In this document: positions 30,436-42,458 of the stretch, one piece after another
How the letters are laid out: every line of letters begins with the position of its first letter
How positions within the stretch are numbered: position 1 is the stretch's first letter
Assembly (NCBI GenBank): GCA_017484225.1
Contig: JAFUTN010000028.1
Coordinates: forward strand, 6,175 to 70,174
Direction of reading: 5' to 3'
DNA: 64,000 nt
DNA from: Alphaproteobacteria bacterium
Lineage (GTDB): Bacteria; Pseudomonadota; Alphaproteobacteria; RF32; CAG-239
Translations under genes and position numbers: made by a program
Notes under the pieces: model-generated
Databases searched by the model: none
What the model saw: the letters and a program-made list of their open reading frames with translations, nothing else
What the model was told of the DNA's origin: nothing

Positions 30436-30933
30436 TTAACTACTTTTTTCTTTTTTTTCAGAATTAATTTTGTTAATTATTTTTTTTCGGAAATCTTCCA
30501 TACTTTTCCCGTTTTTTCTGTTTTTATTTTCTTCTTCTATTCGTTCTTCCACCAACTGTTCTATGGTTTTTTTCTCCTCAACCTTCAGATTTTTAATGTT
30601 TACGCTGACTTCTTTGTAATTTTTAAGAGCGCGGTTTTGTAACCATTGAACCGGAAGCAGAATTAAATTTAAAAATTTGCAGCGGTTCAGCCAACGCATA
30701 TAAAACAAAGAAATCGGTATAAACAAACACAATATCAAGAGCATAACAACGTCATTAAAGCGCAACACTCCGCCGTTATCCCAATATTCGGAAAATTTTT
30801 GATAAGTAATCGGTGATGCAATATTTATGCCGTAGATTTTTTCAAAAAACAGCCAATACAACACTCCCAGCACCGATACTCCGATAAGCCAGAAAAGCAA
30901 TACACATATATAGTGAAAAAAACTTTTCAGCAT
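30436..30933 (-). CDS. Small two-TM membrane protein
   Basis: Two hydrophobic segments with a W..G..L loop motif like the N-terminus of the downstream gene, then a charged tail. Confidence 0.7.
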   Translation of the reverse strand: MLKSFFHYICVLLFWLIGVSVLGVLYWLFFEKIYGINIASPITYQKFSEYWDNGGVLRFNDVVMLLILCLFIPISLFYMRWLNRCKFLNLILLPVQWLQNRALKNYKEVSVNIKNLKVEEKKTIEQLVEERIEEENKNRKNGKSMEDFRKKIINKINSEKKEKSS

Positions 30934-30936
30934 GGG

Positions 30937-32355
30937 TTATATTCTTCTTCCGCCGAGCAAATCACTGAGTATTTTTCTTTGAGGTGTATTTTCCAAAGAT
31001 TTGTCCATGGTAAATTTGTTTGCCGGAGCCTTGCCGTCGCCGGCTAAATCTTCACGGAATTTTTTGATTATGTCACGTCTTTTTGCGGCAACATCATGAC
31101 GTTCTCCGAGGTCAGCTTTCATCATACTCAACTGAGCCAATGTCTTATTTCCGTTATTCGGAACTTTTAAGCGTTCTTTTAATTCACTCTTCAAATCCTT
31201 TTTTATGCTCAAATCATTTTGTTTTGCCGTTTTTTCAATAGCCGCAACATAATGCTTGCCGAATAACTGACTCTTATCAAGTGCCCCGAGCAGCTTATTT
31301 ATTTCGGTTCGCAATTCTTTTGTCGGTTCTTTTTCGTTGGCAATAAAATTTGATGCCGTCAGATTTTGCTCAGTCAGAGTTTTTGTCTTTGCTGCCTGAG
31401 ATTCCATAACTTCCAAATACTTATTGACGGCTATTGCTTTTTTTGCCGCGATTTCTCTTTCATCCGTTATACCGCTTGCTCGCAAGTAATCTTCGGCCGC
31501 TAATGCAGTTGAAGCAACACCAATCATGGTATTATGAAAGTTATTGAGTAAAGGTTTTTTCATTTTTTTCTTTAAATCGGCATTATCCATATAAGCAAAT
31601 TCAAGACTGTCATCATTTGCCATAACGTCATGCAGATGGCGAGAGGCTGTGGCGGTGTAAGAAACTCTTGCCGCACGTTCAAGAATATTTCGTAATCCTT
31701 CCGGATTTTCAGCCACAAAGCTGTAATTACTCAACATTCTGTTATCCAAACCATCCACAAAATGTGAAGCGTAATTTCCATCGCCGTTAAGCAATTCCAG
31801 TCCGCGTCTTTGGGCGTGCGGAATGTCTTTTTTGCAATCATTAGAGCGCTCAATATTTGAGGTTTTCAGGTTGTCTATCACATGGTCAAGACCGGCCATA
31901 ACTTTTTCATCAAATTTATCCAAAGCCCAGCTGATGAATTTTAAAAACTCTTCCCACAGATATTGCGAAATATCCTGATCTTTGATGGGGTGGAATTTTT
32001 CTCTTTCCTTTTTATTAGAGTCGTCTTCTTGCTGATCATTACCGAGTTCACCGGTTTTTTTAGGGAGCTCTTCGCCTTCTTTGATTTCGGTAACCGCAGG
32101 TTCCTCCTGTTGTTCACCGCCGACATTCATATCCTTTTCTTCGCTAATGTTAACATTTTCGGTGCTTTCATTAATACGGACACCATCAGCACCATTACCG
32201 GATACAGAGTTTGCACTTTCGGCTGAATTCGTGTTTTCCTGCTGTTCTGATGCAGAGGAATCAGCAACATCACTTGTTCCGGAATCCGTTTCGCTGTCTG
32301 TTCCGGAATCTGTTGCATCAACAGTTTGTTCAATTTCTTCATCATCTTCCAACAT
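30937..32355 (-). CDS. Hypothetical helical protein with acidic N-terminus and basic C-terminus
   Basis: 472-aa ORF with AAGGAG RBS; ends RKILSDLLGGRRI. Confidence 0.75.
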   Translation of the reverse strand: MLEDDEEIEQTVDATDSGTDSETDSGTSDVADSSASEQQENTNSAESANSVSGNGADGVRINESTENVNISEEKDMNVGGEQQEEPAVTEIKEGEELPKKTGELGNDQQEDDSNKKEREKFHPIKDQDISQYLWEEFLKFISWALDKFDEKVMAGLDHVIDNLKTSNIERSNDCKKDIPHAQRRGLELLNGDGNYASHFVDGLDNRMLSNYSFVAENPEGLRNILERAARVSYTATASRHLHDVMANDDSLEFAYMDNADLKKKMKKPLLNNFHNTMIGVASTALAAEDYLRASGITDEREIAAKKAIAVNKYLEVMESQAAKTKTLTEQNLTASNFIANEKEPTKELRTEINKLLGALDKSQLFGKHYVAAIEKTAKQNDLSIKKDLKSELKERLKVPNNGNKTLAQLSMMKADLGERHDVAAKRRDIIKKFREDLAGDGKAPANKFTMDKSLENTPQRKILSDLLGGRRI

Positions 32356-32430
32356 GGCAATACTCCTTAACTTTTTTCGTTATTGTAGCTTTATTATAAC
32401 ATACTTTTGATTTTTGTCTAGTTTTTTATT

Positions 32431-33300
32431 TCAAACCTTTAAATGCCTTAAAAAGTTACCGATTTTTATGTTCATTTTGATTCCGTCCTGCGGTGATACC
32501 TTTATGAGACCAAAAAAGCGCGGCTTGATTTTGGCAAAATCTATCGGCGCAAAAATAGCCGGATTTTCCGTAAGAGCCTTAAATGCTCCGTCAGCATCTT
32601 TTTGTGAAACTCTGAAGTAGTTGCTTATGAGCCTGTCCGCATCAATCGGAAAGTTTTTGGCGGCTAACGCTTCCGTGAATTTACGTTGTCTTTCTTTGCG
32701 ATACATATACTCGGTATACATTCGTTTTTTTACAAGTTTTTCTTGATGTTTTATGAGTTTTGCCTGATAGGATATTTCGCAAGCATCAATATCTATTAAA
32801 ATTTCAACATAAGAAATCACCGCCAACTGCAAGTCTTGATTTGTCAGCTTTTCGGCAAAATTCAGAAATTGTTCGTCGGTTGATTTTACACTGAATTTTC
32901 CCACATCATCAGGAAACATTCGGCACAAAATAAGCCATCCGTCGGCTAAATCATCAAGCAAAATCGCCCCGATACTCGGTTTATAATTCGGATAAAGATC
33001 TTCTATGCTGAAGGAGGGCTTAAATTTTTCGGTGGGATTATTTTTGCATAGTCCGTCCAGAGAAGCTTGAAAATTAACAAAAGCTTGGGCCAAGTCCGAT
33101 TCGTCAGAACCTAAAGTAGGTTGATTTTCCTGTTTTGCCATATCTTCTCTGGCTTGTGCAAATGCCGCACTCAAATCATCAGAATCTTTTTGTTCATCTT
33201 CTTCTAGGTCGCTGTCTTCCGGTTCATTATCGCTGTTAATAAAATCCTGTAAAAGTTTGTCAAAGTCACTGTCACTCAGCGTATCATCATCTTTTGCCAT
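32431..33300 (-). CDS. Hypothetical protein with acidic N-terminus
   Basis: 289-aa ORF with GAGG RBS. Confidence 0.75.
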   Translation of the reverse strand: MAKDDDTLSDSDFDKLLQDFINSDNEPEDSDLEEDEQKDSDDLSAAFAQAREDMAKQENQPTLGSDESDLAQAFVNFQASLDGLCKNNPTEKFKPSFSIEDLYPNYKPSIGAILLDDLADGWLILCRMFPDDVGKFSVKSTDEQFLNFAEKLTNQDLQLAVISYVEILIDIDACEISYQAKLIKHQEKLVKKRMYTEYMYRKERQRKFTEALAAKNFPIDADRLISNYFRVSQKDADGAFKALTENPAIFAPIDFAKIKPRFFGLIKVSPQDGIKMNIKIGNFLRHLKV

Positions 33301-33399
33301 ATTTCATCCTCTTTTGTAATTTTTCTTGCATTTATTTCAAATATACATATCAATAGTATTAAAGACAACAATTAAATTTTAATTAAACAGGATTTTAAT

Positions 33400-34377
33400 A
33401 TGTCGGAAAATCAGGAAACGGTTATTTTTTCTCCATCAGTCGGAGAAGCAAATAAGAATGTGCGTATAGATAAATTTTTGGCACTCTGCCTGCCTGATAT
33501 GTCACGAGCCAGAATTCAGCGTTTGATAGAAGGCGGAAATGTTGTTTTGGACGAGATTGTGATTGCCGACAATTCTCATAAAGTAAAAGTCGGTGATTGT
33601 TATCAAATAACCATCCCTCCGGCCAAAGAGGCAAATCCCGAACCGGAAGACATAGTTCTTGATATTGTTTATGAAGATGAAGATGTTGTGGTGGTTAATA
33701 AACCTGCCGGAATGACCGTTCATCCTGCCGCCGGAGCTTACAGCGGCACGTTAGTTAATGCGCTGTTGTATCATTGTCGGGACAATCTTTCGGGAATAGG
33801 CGGTGTGAAACGTCCGGGAATTGTGCATCGGATAGATAAGGAAACCAGCGGACTTTTGGTGGTTGCCAAAAATGACGCCGCCCACAAGTTTTTGAGTGAG
33901 CAATTTGCCGAACATTCGGTAGAGCGAACATATTTTGCCGTTGTTTACGGAGTTCCAAATCCGTTAAACGGGAAAATAGTGGCAAATATAGGGCGTAGCC
34001 CTACCGACCGCAAAAAAATGGCTATTGTTGAAAACAGAGGAAAAATGGCAATAACCAATTATAAAACCGTTCAGGTATATAAAAAAACCGCTTCTCTTGT
34101 TCAGTGTAATTTGGAAACCGGCCGAACTCACCAGATTCGCGTTCATTTGAGTTCAATCGGAAATGCCCTTATCGGTGACAAAGTATATGTTAAAAATCAT
34201 AAAAGTTCCATACCTGCTCCAACGGAGATAAAAAATTATTTAAGCGATTTTCCTCGGCAGGCATTACATGCCAAAACCTTAGGTTTTATACATCCGAAAA
34301 GCAAAAAATTTATGCAATTTGATACGGATATTCCGCAAGATATGGCGCAACTGATACTTAAACTTTCGGATATGTAA
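33400..34377 (+). CDS. rluD: RluA-family 23S rRNA pseudouridine synthase with S4 domain
   Basis: RIDKFL, NKPAGMTVHP, RPGIVHRIDKETSGL, LETGRTHQIRVH, RQALHA. Confidence 0.95.
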   Translation: MSENQETVIFSPSVGEANKNVRIDKFLALCLPDMSRARIQRLIEGGNVVLDEIVIADNSHKVKVGDCYQITIPPAKEANPEPEDIVLDIVYEDEDVVVVNKPAGMTVHPAAGAYSGTLVNALLYHCRDNLSGIGGVKRPGIVHRIDKETSGLLVVAKNDAAHKFLSEQFAEHSVERTYFAVVYGVPNPLNGKIVANIGRSPTDRKKMAIVENRGKMAITNYKTVQVYKKTASLVQCNLETGRTHQIRVHLSSIGNALIGDKVYVKNHKSSIPAPTEIKNYLSDFPRQALHAKTLGFIHPKSKKFMQFDTDIPQDMAQLILKLSDM

Positions 34378-34455
34378 ATTAAAACTAAAGTGTATGTTGA
34401 TAATGTGTAATTTTCTCTTTAATCTTGCGGCAGAAGCAAGGAAAAGGAGAAAATC

Positions 34456-35328
34456 ATGGAAAAAGATACTCTCACCGGACTGGACTTCTCGCCGGAAATT
34501 AATCTGGCTCGTTACTTACAATCAATCAGAAAATATCCGATTTTAACACAGGAAGAAGAATATAATCTTTCGTTAAAATACAAACAAACCCGCAACAAAG
34601 AAATAGCATATTTGCTGATTACTTCGCATTTGCGGTTGGTGGTAAAAGTTGTGTCAAAATATCGCGGATACGGACTTCCCGTCAGTGAAATGATATCGGA
34701 AGGAAATATCGGATTGCTTTATGCCATTGAAAAATTTGATCCCGATAAAGGATTCAGGTTTTCTACCTATGCATTGTGGTGGATAAAAGCATCAGTGCAG
34801 AAATATATCTTAAATTCATGGTCATTGGTGAAACTCGGAACAACGGCCGCGCAGAAAAAATTGTTTTTCAATCTGCGGAAAATTAAAAATAAACTTAATT
34901 TGACGGATGACAGGGAATTATCCGAACCGGTTTTGCTGAATATTGCCGATTCTCTCAGCGTCAGTGTGCAAGAGGTTAAAGACATGAATAATCGTTTGCA
35001 ATCGCATGATGGCTCACTGAATGCACTTGTCGGCCATGATGAAGACAGCGGCGCCGAATTGCTTGATTTTATTTCGGATAAGCGGCCAAATCAGGAAGAA
35101 AGCCTATCTTATCAAGAAACAATGAGTTATCGCCGAAAATTGTTCAAACGTGCAATTTTGGTTCTCAATCCGCGCGAAAAAGATATTTTGTTTAAGCGCC
35201 GGCTTCAGGAAGAAAATGCCACCCTTGATGATTTAAGCAAGTTGTATCATATCTCTAAAGAGCGCGTGCGCCAAATAGAGCTGAACTCCATTCGTAAAAT
35301 AGCAAAAGCCATTGAGGTTATGCAATAA
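34456..35328 (+). CDS. rpoH: RNA polymerase sigma-32 factor
   Basis: SHLRLVVK, YRGYGLP, RpoH box QKKLFFNLR, SKERVRQIE; follows rluD. Confidence 0.92.
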   Translation: MEKDTLTGLDFSPEINLARYLQSIRKYPILTQEEEYNLSLKYKQTRNKEIAYLLITSHLRLVVKVVSKYRGYGLPVSEMISEGNIGLLYAIEKFDPDKGFRFSTYALWWIKASVQKYILNSWSLVKLGTTAAQKKLFFNLRKIKNKLNLTDDRELSEPVLLNIADSLSVSVQEVKDMNNRLQSHDGSLNALVGHDEDSGAELLDFISDKRPNQEESLSYQETMSYRRKLFKRAILVLNPREKDILFKRRLQEENATLDDLSKLYHISKERVRQIELNSIRKIAKAIEVMQ

Positions 35329-35393
35329 CACAAAGGTTGAAAAAAATATTTTTCTGATTATTTGAAAAGAGGTTTCGTTATCGGAGAAAAATC

Positions 35394-36530
35394 ATGAAAG
35401 AAAAACGTGTTCGCCTTTGGCTTGCGCTTATTGCCGCTTTATTGATTACGGTATATATTGCTTTATATAATTACCAAAAACATTTGCCTGATGATTCTGC
35501 TAAGCTGCCGCAAGAGCAGACTTTGGTGCTTGATACATTAAAGCCGATTGGTAAAACGGTGGTTGTGCCTAAAAATTATATCGGCCAAGTTCAAGCAATT
35601 AATGAAACGGATATTTTGCCGCAAATAAGCGGATATGTGGAGAAAATAAACGTAAAAGGAGGAGAAAACGTAAAAACCGATGATGTGTTGCTGGTGGTGG
35701 AGCAGTCAACTTATCTGGCCGAACTTGATGCCGCCATGGCAAATAAATTTGCCGCACAAGCAGAGTTGGTTAATGCCAAAAGACAGTTTGAACGTCTTAA
35801 ACATGCCGGCCGTGAAGCAGTATCGGCAAGCGAATTGGAAAATGCCGGAGCGGCATATCTTAAGGCTCAGGGGGCCTATGAACAAGCCGGTGCCGCCGTG
35901 GAAAAAGCAAATATTGATTATTCGCACACAATATTGAAGGCTCCCTTTTCCGGTATAGTCGGTAATATTGAACCTTCTGTCGGTGATTATATCAGTCCGC
36001 AATCGCAACCTTTGCTGAGTGTTGTGCAATACAGTCCGATAAGAGTTGTTTTTTCTGTTACCGATAAAGAATATCTGTCAAAAGAAAAAAACAGATTAAT
36101 TTACGCCGATAACAATGTCAAACTCCGCTTGCCGGATGGGCAGATTTATGATGATATCGGCAAGGTAAAATATACGGCAAACAGTGTCAATCCTCACACG
36201 GACAGTTTGGCGGTTTATGCCGAATTTGCAAATTTTGACCATAAGCTTATTCCGAATGCTTACGTCAATGTGATGGTTGAAGAAATATATGAAAATGCCA
36301 TAAGTATTGAAAAAAATCTGGTTTCTGCACAAGAAGACGGAAAAAGCGTGTATGTTTTGCAAAACGGAACAATAAAAAAGAAGTTTGTGGATGTTTTAAG
36401 CGAGAATGAAAATCACTACATACTGCGAAATAATTTTACACCTGATGAAATGTTGATTACGCAAAAAATAGAGCCTCGGTATGCCGGTCATAAAGCCGTT
36501 CCGCAATCAACCGAAAATGGGAGAAAATAA
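35394..36530 (+). CDS. RND efflux periplasmic adaptor
   Basis: PQISGYV, alpha-hairpin, [16 protein letters not shown]. Confidence 0.9.
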   Translation: MKEKRVRLWLALIAALLITVYIALYNYQKHLPDDSAKLPQEQTLVLDTLKPIGKTVVVPKNYIGQVQAINETDILPQISGYVEKINVKGGENVKTDDVLLVVEQSTYLAELDAAMANKFAAQAELVNAKRQFERLKHAGREAVSASELENAGAAYLKAQGAYEQAGAAVEKANIDYSHTILKAPFSGIVGNIEPSVGDYISPQSQPLLSVVQYSPIRVVFSVTDKEYLSKEKNRLIYADNNVKLRLPDGQIYDDIGKVKYTANSVNPHTDSLAVYAEFANFDHKLIPNAYVNVMVEEIYENAISIEKNLVSAQEDGKSVYVLQNGTIKKKFVDVLSENENHYILRNNFTPDEMLITQKIEPRYAGHKAVPQSTENGRK

Positions 36531-36531
36531 A

Positions 36532-39500
36532 ATGTTTTCGGCATTTTTTATTAACCGCCCATGTTTTGCCGGTGTAGTTTCTGTTGTTATGATATTAATG
36601 GGGCTAATGTCCTTAAAAGTTTTGCCGGTTGCTCAATATCCGGAAATAACACCTCCGGAAATTGTGGTATCGGCAACATATTTAGGTGCCGGTTCCGACG
36701 TTTTGGCAGATACGGTTGCCGTGCCGATTGAAAATGAGGTAAACGGTGTAGAAAATATGATGTATATGTCTTCTACATCTGATGACAACGGTTCATATTC
36801 ATTGACAGTCACTTTTGAAGTGGGAAGTGATGCCGATATTGCACAAGTAAAAGTGCAGAATCGCTTACAGCAGGCTTCATCAAATTTACCGGCAGAAGTG
36901 ACTAAATACGGTGTCGGAATTAAAACCCAAAACCCGAATATGCTGGGAATGTTAACGCTACGCTCACCAAATCAGACGTATGATAATTTATATTTGAGCA
37001 ACTATGCCTTTTCTAATATTAAAAACAATTTGTCACGAATTAAGGGTGTCGGACAGGTGCAAATTTTTGGTCCGCAATACAGTATGCGAATATGGCTGAA
37101 TTCAGATAAAATAAGTGCATTGGGGCTAAGCAGTAATGATATAGTGACAGCGGTGGAACAGCAAAATGTGCAGGCCTCAATCGGCAGTATCGGTTCGGCA
37201 CCGAGTGACAAACACAACAAAATGGTATTAAGTTTGAAGACAAAAGGGCTGCTTGATACGGTTCGCGATTTTGAAAATATTGTGGTTGCCGCGGATAAAA
37301 ACGGAGCTTTGGTTTATCTTAAAGATGTTGCCGAAATTGAATTAGGCGCCGATAAATATAATATTCAGTCAGCCTTTAATGCTTCTCCGGCGGTTATTTT
37401 TGCCGTTAATCAAATGCCTAATTCAAACTCTTTAGAAATTATGGATAATATAAAGAAGGAAATAGCAAAAATTTCGCAACATCTGCCGGATGATATGGTA
37501 TTGGAAGTTGCTTACGATTCAACGGATTTTGTGCGAGCATCAATAGAAAGTATTATAGATACCTTAATTGTTACATTTATACTGGTGGTGTTGGTTACCT
37601 ATGTTTTTTTGCAAAAAATCACAACAACTCTCATTCCGCTGATAACCATACCGGTGTCCTTAACGGCCTCATTTGTGGTGATTTATTTTTTAGGATTTAA
37701 TATAAATATTTTAACTTTATTCGCCATGATTTTAGCAATCGGATTAGTTGTTGATGATGCTATTATTGTAGTGGAAAGAGTGCAATATCTGATGCTGACG
37801 CAAAAAGCAGATTCTCACAAAGCGGCATTAATTGCAATGCAGCAAATCGGAAGTGCGGTGTTAGCAACAACGTTTGTTTTGTTGGCAATTTTTATTCCGG
37901 TAGGATTAATGGCCGGAATCACCGGAAAAATTTATCAGCAATTTGCCGTAACCATTTCGGCGGCAGTTGTTTTTTCTTCAATTAATGCCTTAACACTAAG
38001 TCCGGCTCTATGTTCGGTTTTGCTCAAAAATGAGGGAATAAACAGTCGTCCGAATATTGTCTTCCGTGGCTTTAATATCATGTTGGATTTCAGCCGGAAT
38101 CACTATCTGAAGATGGTTAATTTTTTCAGTGCCCATTTAAAAATATCCTCATTAATAGTTCTTGCGGCGCTGGCGGCGTGTTTTATCGGTTTTAAAATGA
38201 CAGACTCATCTTTTATTCCCGAAGAAGACCAAGGAATTATTTTTGCAAATATTCAACTGGAAGACACGGCCAGCATTAACCAGACCAATGAAATTTTGGA
38301 TGTTATGAACGAAAAAATAATGCAAACAAAAGGTGTGCGTTATTTTATCAGTGTTGCCGGATACAGTATGCTTGGCGGTGGCGGAGAAAACGTTGCACTT
38401 GGTGTTATAGGGTTGGATAATTGGGATAAAAGAAAGGCTAAAAACTTATCGGTCGGAGCTATTGCAAATAATTTGAGCAAAGAATTCGGCGACATAAAAA
38501 ATGCTAAAATTAACTTTTTTGCTCCGCCTTCTCTGCCCGGTGTCGGTAACAGTAACGGTGTATCGTTTGAATTTTTAACTACCGATAATAATATTTCACC
38601 GAAGCAGTTGTTTGAACAAATGAGCAGCTATTTGGAAAAGGTAAATAAAAGCGGATATTTTGATTATGCTTTCAGCACCTACACGGCACAAACACCGCAT
38701 GTTTATTTGGATATTGACCGCACTAAGCTGGAATATTACAAAATTCCGGTTGCCGCATTGTTTAGCACCTTGCAAAACAATTTGGGTTCGCGCTATGTAA
38801 ACAACATAACTTTAAGCGGACAAATAAATAAGGTAATTTTACAGGCGGACTATAAATACCGTAACAGCATAGAAAATATCGGCAATTTATATGTCAGCAA
38901 TACGGAAGGTAACAGTATTCAAATAAAAAATTTTGCCGACATTAAGATGGAATTTTCGCCTAAAGTGATTAATAGGTTTAATCAAAATATTTCGGCAAGC
39001 ATTACGGCTATTCCCAATGAAAAAATCAGCAGCGGACGTGCTATTGCAAAGTTGGAAGAACTGGTGAAAACATTGCCGAAAGAATATTCCATATCATGGA
39101 CGGGGCTTACATTGCAAGAAGTGGAAACTCAAGGAGAGGCTGTTGTGCTGATATGCTTGGCAATATTGTTTTGCTATTTGTTTTTAGTGGCGCTTTATGA
39201 GAGCTGGATGCTGGCATTTTCCGTTATTTTTTCCACGGTTTTTGCCATTCTCGGAGCAATTTTGGGACTGCATTTTATGGGACAATCGTTAAGTATATAC
39301 GCTCAGCTCGGGCTGATTATGCTTATCGGATTAGCGGCAAAAAATGCCATCTTGATTGTTGAATTTACAAAAATGTATCATGAGCAGGGAATGAGTATTT
39401 TGCAGGCCGCGTGCAAGGGAGCGGAAGAACGCTATCGCGCGGTTCTGATGACGGCATTTACATTTATTTTAGGCGTTTTTCCGATGGTTGTTGCAACCGG

Positions 39501-39663
39501 TGCCGGTGCAGCATCACAAATAGCCATCGGAACAGCCGTGTTTTTTGGTATGATTTTTGCAACTCTTGTCGGAATAGTGTTTATTCCGCCTTTGTATGCA
39601 ATTTTTGAAAGTATAAAAGAATATTTTATTCCTTTTAAGCCCAAAGGAGGTGAAAATGTTTAA
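36532..39663 (+). CDS. RND efflux permease (HAE1/AcrB family)
   Basis: [51 protein letters not shown]. Confidence 0.95.
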   Translation: MFSAFFINRPCFAGVVSVVMILMGLMSLKVLPVAQYPEITPPEIVVSATYLGAGSDVLADTVAVPIENEVNGVENMMYMSSTSDDNGSYSLTVTFEVGSDADIAQVKVQNRLQQASSNLPAEVTKYGVGIKTQNPNMLGMLTLRSPNQTYDNLYLSNYAFSNIKNNLSRIKGVGQVQIFGPQYSMRIWLNSDKISALGLSSNDIVTAVEQQNVQASIGSIGSAPSDKHNKMVLSLKTKGLLDTVRDFENIVVAADKNGALVYLKDVAEIELGADKYNIQSAFNASPAVIFAVNQMPNSNSLEIMDNIKKEIAKISQHLPDDMVLEVAYDSTDFVRASIESIIDTLIVTFILVVLVTYVFLQKITTTLIPLITIPVSLTASFVVIYFLGFNINILTLFAMILAIGLVVDDAIIVVERVQYLMLTQKADSHKAALIAMQQIGSAVLATTFVLLAIFIPVGLMAGITGKIYQQFAVTISAAVVFSSINALTLSPALCSVLLKNEGINSRPNIVFRGFNIMLDFSRNHYLKMVNFFSAHLKISSLIVLAALAACFIGFKMTDSSFIPEEDQGIIFANIQLEDTASINQTNEILDVMNEKIMQTKGVRYFISVAGYSMLGGGGENVALGVIGLDNWDKRKAKNLSVGAIANNLSKEFGDIKNAKINFFAPPSLPGVGNSNGVSFEFLTTDNNISPKQLFEQMSSYLEKVNKSGYFDYAFSTYTAQTPHVYLDIDRTKLEYYKIPVAALFSTLQNNLGSRYVNNITLSGQINKVILQADYKYRNSIENIGNLYVSNTEGNSIQIKNFADIKMEFSPKVINRFNQNISASITAIPNEKISSGRAIAKLEELVKTLPKEYSISWTGLTLQEVETQGEAVVLICLAILFCYLFLVALYESWMLAFSVIFSTVFAILGAILGLHFMGQSLSIYAQLGLIMLIGLAAKNAILIVEFTKMYHEQGMSILQAACKGAEERYRAVLMTAFTFILGVFPMVVATGAGAASQIAIGTAVFFGMIFATLVGIVFIPPLYAIFESIKEYFIPFKPKGGENV

Positions 39664-41029
39664 GCTTTTGGTTTTGTGCCTGTTTATGCTGTCAGGCTGC
39701 ACAATCGGAGATGATTATGTTGCACCCGAAGCATATAAAGATAAAGTGATTGCCTCGGAACTTAAAACCGGTTCGGCAAGTGAACTTCCGAAAAACTGGT
39801 ATGAAAAACTTAATGACGAACAGCTCAATAAACTTATTAAAACAGGGTTACAAAACAGTCCGGATATTGAAGTGGCTATTGCAAAATTAAGGCAGGCAAG
39901 GGCGCAACTCAAAATTGACGAAACAAATGCCTTGCCTTTTGTGAACGTTAACGCAGCGTGGAATTATGAAAAAGCCGGTAAAAATGTGAAGCTGAGTTTG
40001 GATTCTCATTATTATAGTGCGGGATTTGATGCTTCTTGGGAAATTGATATTTGGGGCAAAAACAGGCGACAAACCGAAGCCGATACGGCATTGGTAAAGT
40101 CCATGGAATATTCGCTTTCCGATGTGCAGATTATTTTAGAGGCCGAAATAGTTTCGGCATACGTTAATATGATGAAAAACATTAAACTTTTGCAAACGGC
40201 ACAAGAAAATGAACGGTTGCAAAAGCAAATATTTACTGCCGTAAAAAATAAATATGACAGCGGACTTACTGATGATACGGCCTTAAATCAGGCCGAGTAT
40301 TTATTACTTACGACTCAGGCGGCAATACCGCAATATCGCAGCAATATAGAAAAATATACCAATTCGTTAAGCGTTTTGAGCGGAATTTTGCCGTCGTCAA
40401 TGTTGTTGCAACCTAAAAGTTCGCTGTTTGAAAAAAACTTAGCTCTTAAGGCCGAAGATGCTTATAAACTTCCGGTTTGGGTTGTTCGTCTGCGTCCTGA
40501 TGTTGCCGCAACAGAACAACGATTAGTTGCGCAAAATGCCTTGGTGGCCAAAGCCGTTGCCGAACTGTATCCGAGCCTTAGTCTTTCCGCCGTATGGGGA
40601 GTTGCTGCACAATCCGGTTCAAAATTGTTCAATTCTTCTTCAAATACATATAATTATTCGCCGCTTGTTAGTTTACCTCTGCTTGATTGGAATAAGCTGC
40701 AGAACAATATAGAATTGCAAAAGGGGATCTTCGCTGAAAATTTGGGAGACTATCGTAAAACCGTTCTCTTAGCCGTAGCAGAAATCAAAACGGCGGCAAC
40801 GGCATGGAAAAATGCAGAAACAACTTTGCGGAAAAAACGGTATGCAGTCAGCAAAATCAATAAGGCGGTGCAAAATTTGCAACACAAGTATGACAGCGGA
40901 TTGATACCTTTTTCCGAATTATTGAGTATGCGGCAAAATCTGATAGAAAGTCAAAACGAAAAAATTGAAGCACAAGCTGATGAGTTTTTGCAATTTGCTG
41001 CATTTTATAAGGCAATAGGAGCAAAATAG
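39656..41029 (+). CDS. Outer membrane efflux lipoprotein (NodT/OprM family)
   Basis: Lipobox [34 protein letters not shown]. Confidence 0.92.
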   Translation: MFKLLVLCLFMLSGCTIGDDYVAPEAYKDKVIASELKTGSASELPKNWYEKLNDEQLNKLIKTGLQNSPDIEVAIAKLRQARAQLKIDETNALPFVNVNAAWNYEKAGKNVKLSLDSHYYSAGFDASWEIDIWGKNRRQTEADTALVKSMEYSLSDVQIILEAEIVSAYVNMMKNIKLLQTAQENERLQKQIFTAVKNKYDSGLTDDTALNQAEYLLLTTQAAIPQYRSNIEKYTNSLSVLSGILPSSMLLQPKSSLFEKNLALKAEDAYKLPVWVVRLRPDVAATEQRLVAQNALVAKAVAELYPSLSLSAVWGVAAQSGSKLFNSSSNTYNYSPLVSLPLLDWNKLQNNIELQKGIFAENLGDYRKTVLLAVAEIKTAATAWKNAETTLRKKRYAVSKINKAVQNLQHKYDSGLIPFSELLSMRQNLIESQNEKIEAQADEFLQFAAFYKAIGAK

Positions 41030-41048
41030 TCATTATGGCATACTGATT

Positions 41049-42455
41049 TTAAAATCTGAAATAAATAAATGGACTATATGTTGATGCCGCAATTTTAGCT
41101 ACAGATAGAACAAATAAAAATAAAAGCCAAATATTAACAACTATATGGTATAAGTTAGATGAATATTTTGTTACTAAAATTTTACTGAATATCGGCATAC
41201 TTAAAAATAAGGCAACGACAAAAACTAATTTTTCAACATTATCAATGTAATAGGCATATTCGTATGATATATGATGTTCTTTTATTAATCCAAACATATT
41301 TTTAACATAAGAATAGGCATAAGGCAGTGTATCAGCCCTAAATATTACCCAACCTACTACAACGATTAAGATAGTGTAAAAATGATGAGCAATTTTGAGA
41401 CACCGGTTGCCTTCTTTTTTATGCCAACAGGTAATTTTTTCAAAAATAATAAAAATCCCGTGCCAAAATCCCCAAACAATAAAATTCCAAGTAGCTCCAT
41501 GCCACAAACCCGTGATTAAAAAGACTATGAGTAAATTAAAATAGTTACGAGATTTAGTTACGCGGTTACCGCCAAGCGGAATATAGAGGTATTCTTTAAA
41601 CCAAGTAGAAAGTGAAATATGCCAACGTCGCCAAAATTCAGTGATAGATTTTGAAATATAAGGGTAATTAAAGTTTTCCAAAAATTTAAATCCGAATATA
41701 TAGCCTAAACCGATAGCCATATCAGAATAACCGGCAAAATCATAGAATATTTGAAAACTGTATGCTATCGCCCCGACCCAAGCAGTCAGTGTATCAAATT
41801 GTTCAACCGGTTGTGAAAAGATTTTGTCAGCCACAGCCCCGAGAATATCAGCAATAAGCATTTTTTTGGCCAGTCCGATAATAAAACGTTTAACACCGTA
41901 AGCAACCTTATTAAAATTTTCGGAACGATTGTCTATTTGTCTTTCAATATCATGATATTTAATTATTGGGCCGGCAACAAGCTGAGGAAAAAAACAAATA
42001 TACAGAGCTAATTTAAAAATATTATACTGTGGACTAACTTCTTTGCGATACACGTCAATTACATAAGATAATGCTTGAAAGGTATAAAAAGAAATACCTA
42101 TAGGCAAAAGCATATCAATAAAACCAATATTTGCATTCAAAGCAGAGTTAATTATTTCTGCAGCAAAATTAAAATATTTGAAACAAAACAGTAAATCCAA
42201 ATCAATGAGAATCGTAATAAGTAAAAAAAGTTTGCGTTGATGTGGCTTATGGCTTTTACTGATACAATAAGCACCGGTATAGTTTACAAAAATTGAGAAT
42301 AATATAATACCGAGATAGTGTGGTTCTGTCCATGCATAAAAAACTAAACTTGCTGCAAGCAAGATGTAATTGCGTAAATTTTTGTAAGATAATAAATAAG
42401 TTACGCAAACGATAGGCAAAAACATAAATATAAAAGTTATAGAAGAAAACAGCAT
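41049..42455 (-). CDS. MBOAT family O-acyltransferase (AlgI-like)
   Basis: LPIGISFYTFQ, FPQLVAGPI, DFAGYSDMAIG, FWRRWHISLS.WF..YLYIPLGG, GLWHGA. Confidence 0.95.
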   Translation of the reverse strand: MLFSSITFIFMFLPIVCVTYLLSYKNLRNYILLAASLVFYAWTEPHYLGIILFSIFVNYTGAYCISKSHKPHQRKLFLLITILIDLDLLFCFKYFNFAAEIINSALNANIGFIDMLLPIGISFYTFQALSYVIDVYRKEVSPQYNIFKLALYICFFPQLVAGPIIKYHDIERQIDNRSENFNKVAYGVKRFIIGLAKKMLIADILGAVADKIFSQPVEQFDTLTAWVGAIAYSFQIFYDFAGYSDMAIGLGYIFGFKFLENFNYPYISKSITEFWRRWHISLSTWFKEYLYIPLGGNRVTKSRNYFNLLIVFLITGLWHGATWNFIVWGFWHGIFIIFEKITCWHKKEGNRCLKIAHHFYTILIVVVGWVIFRADTLPYAYSYVKNMFGLIKEHHISYEYAYYIDNVEKLVFVVALFLSMPIFSKILVTKYSSNLYHIVVNIWLLFLFVLSVAKIAASTYSPFIYFRF

Positions 42456-42458
42456 ATT

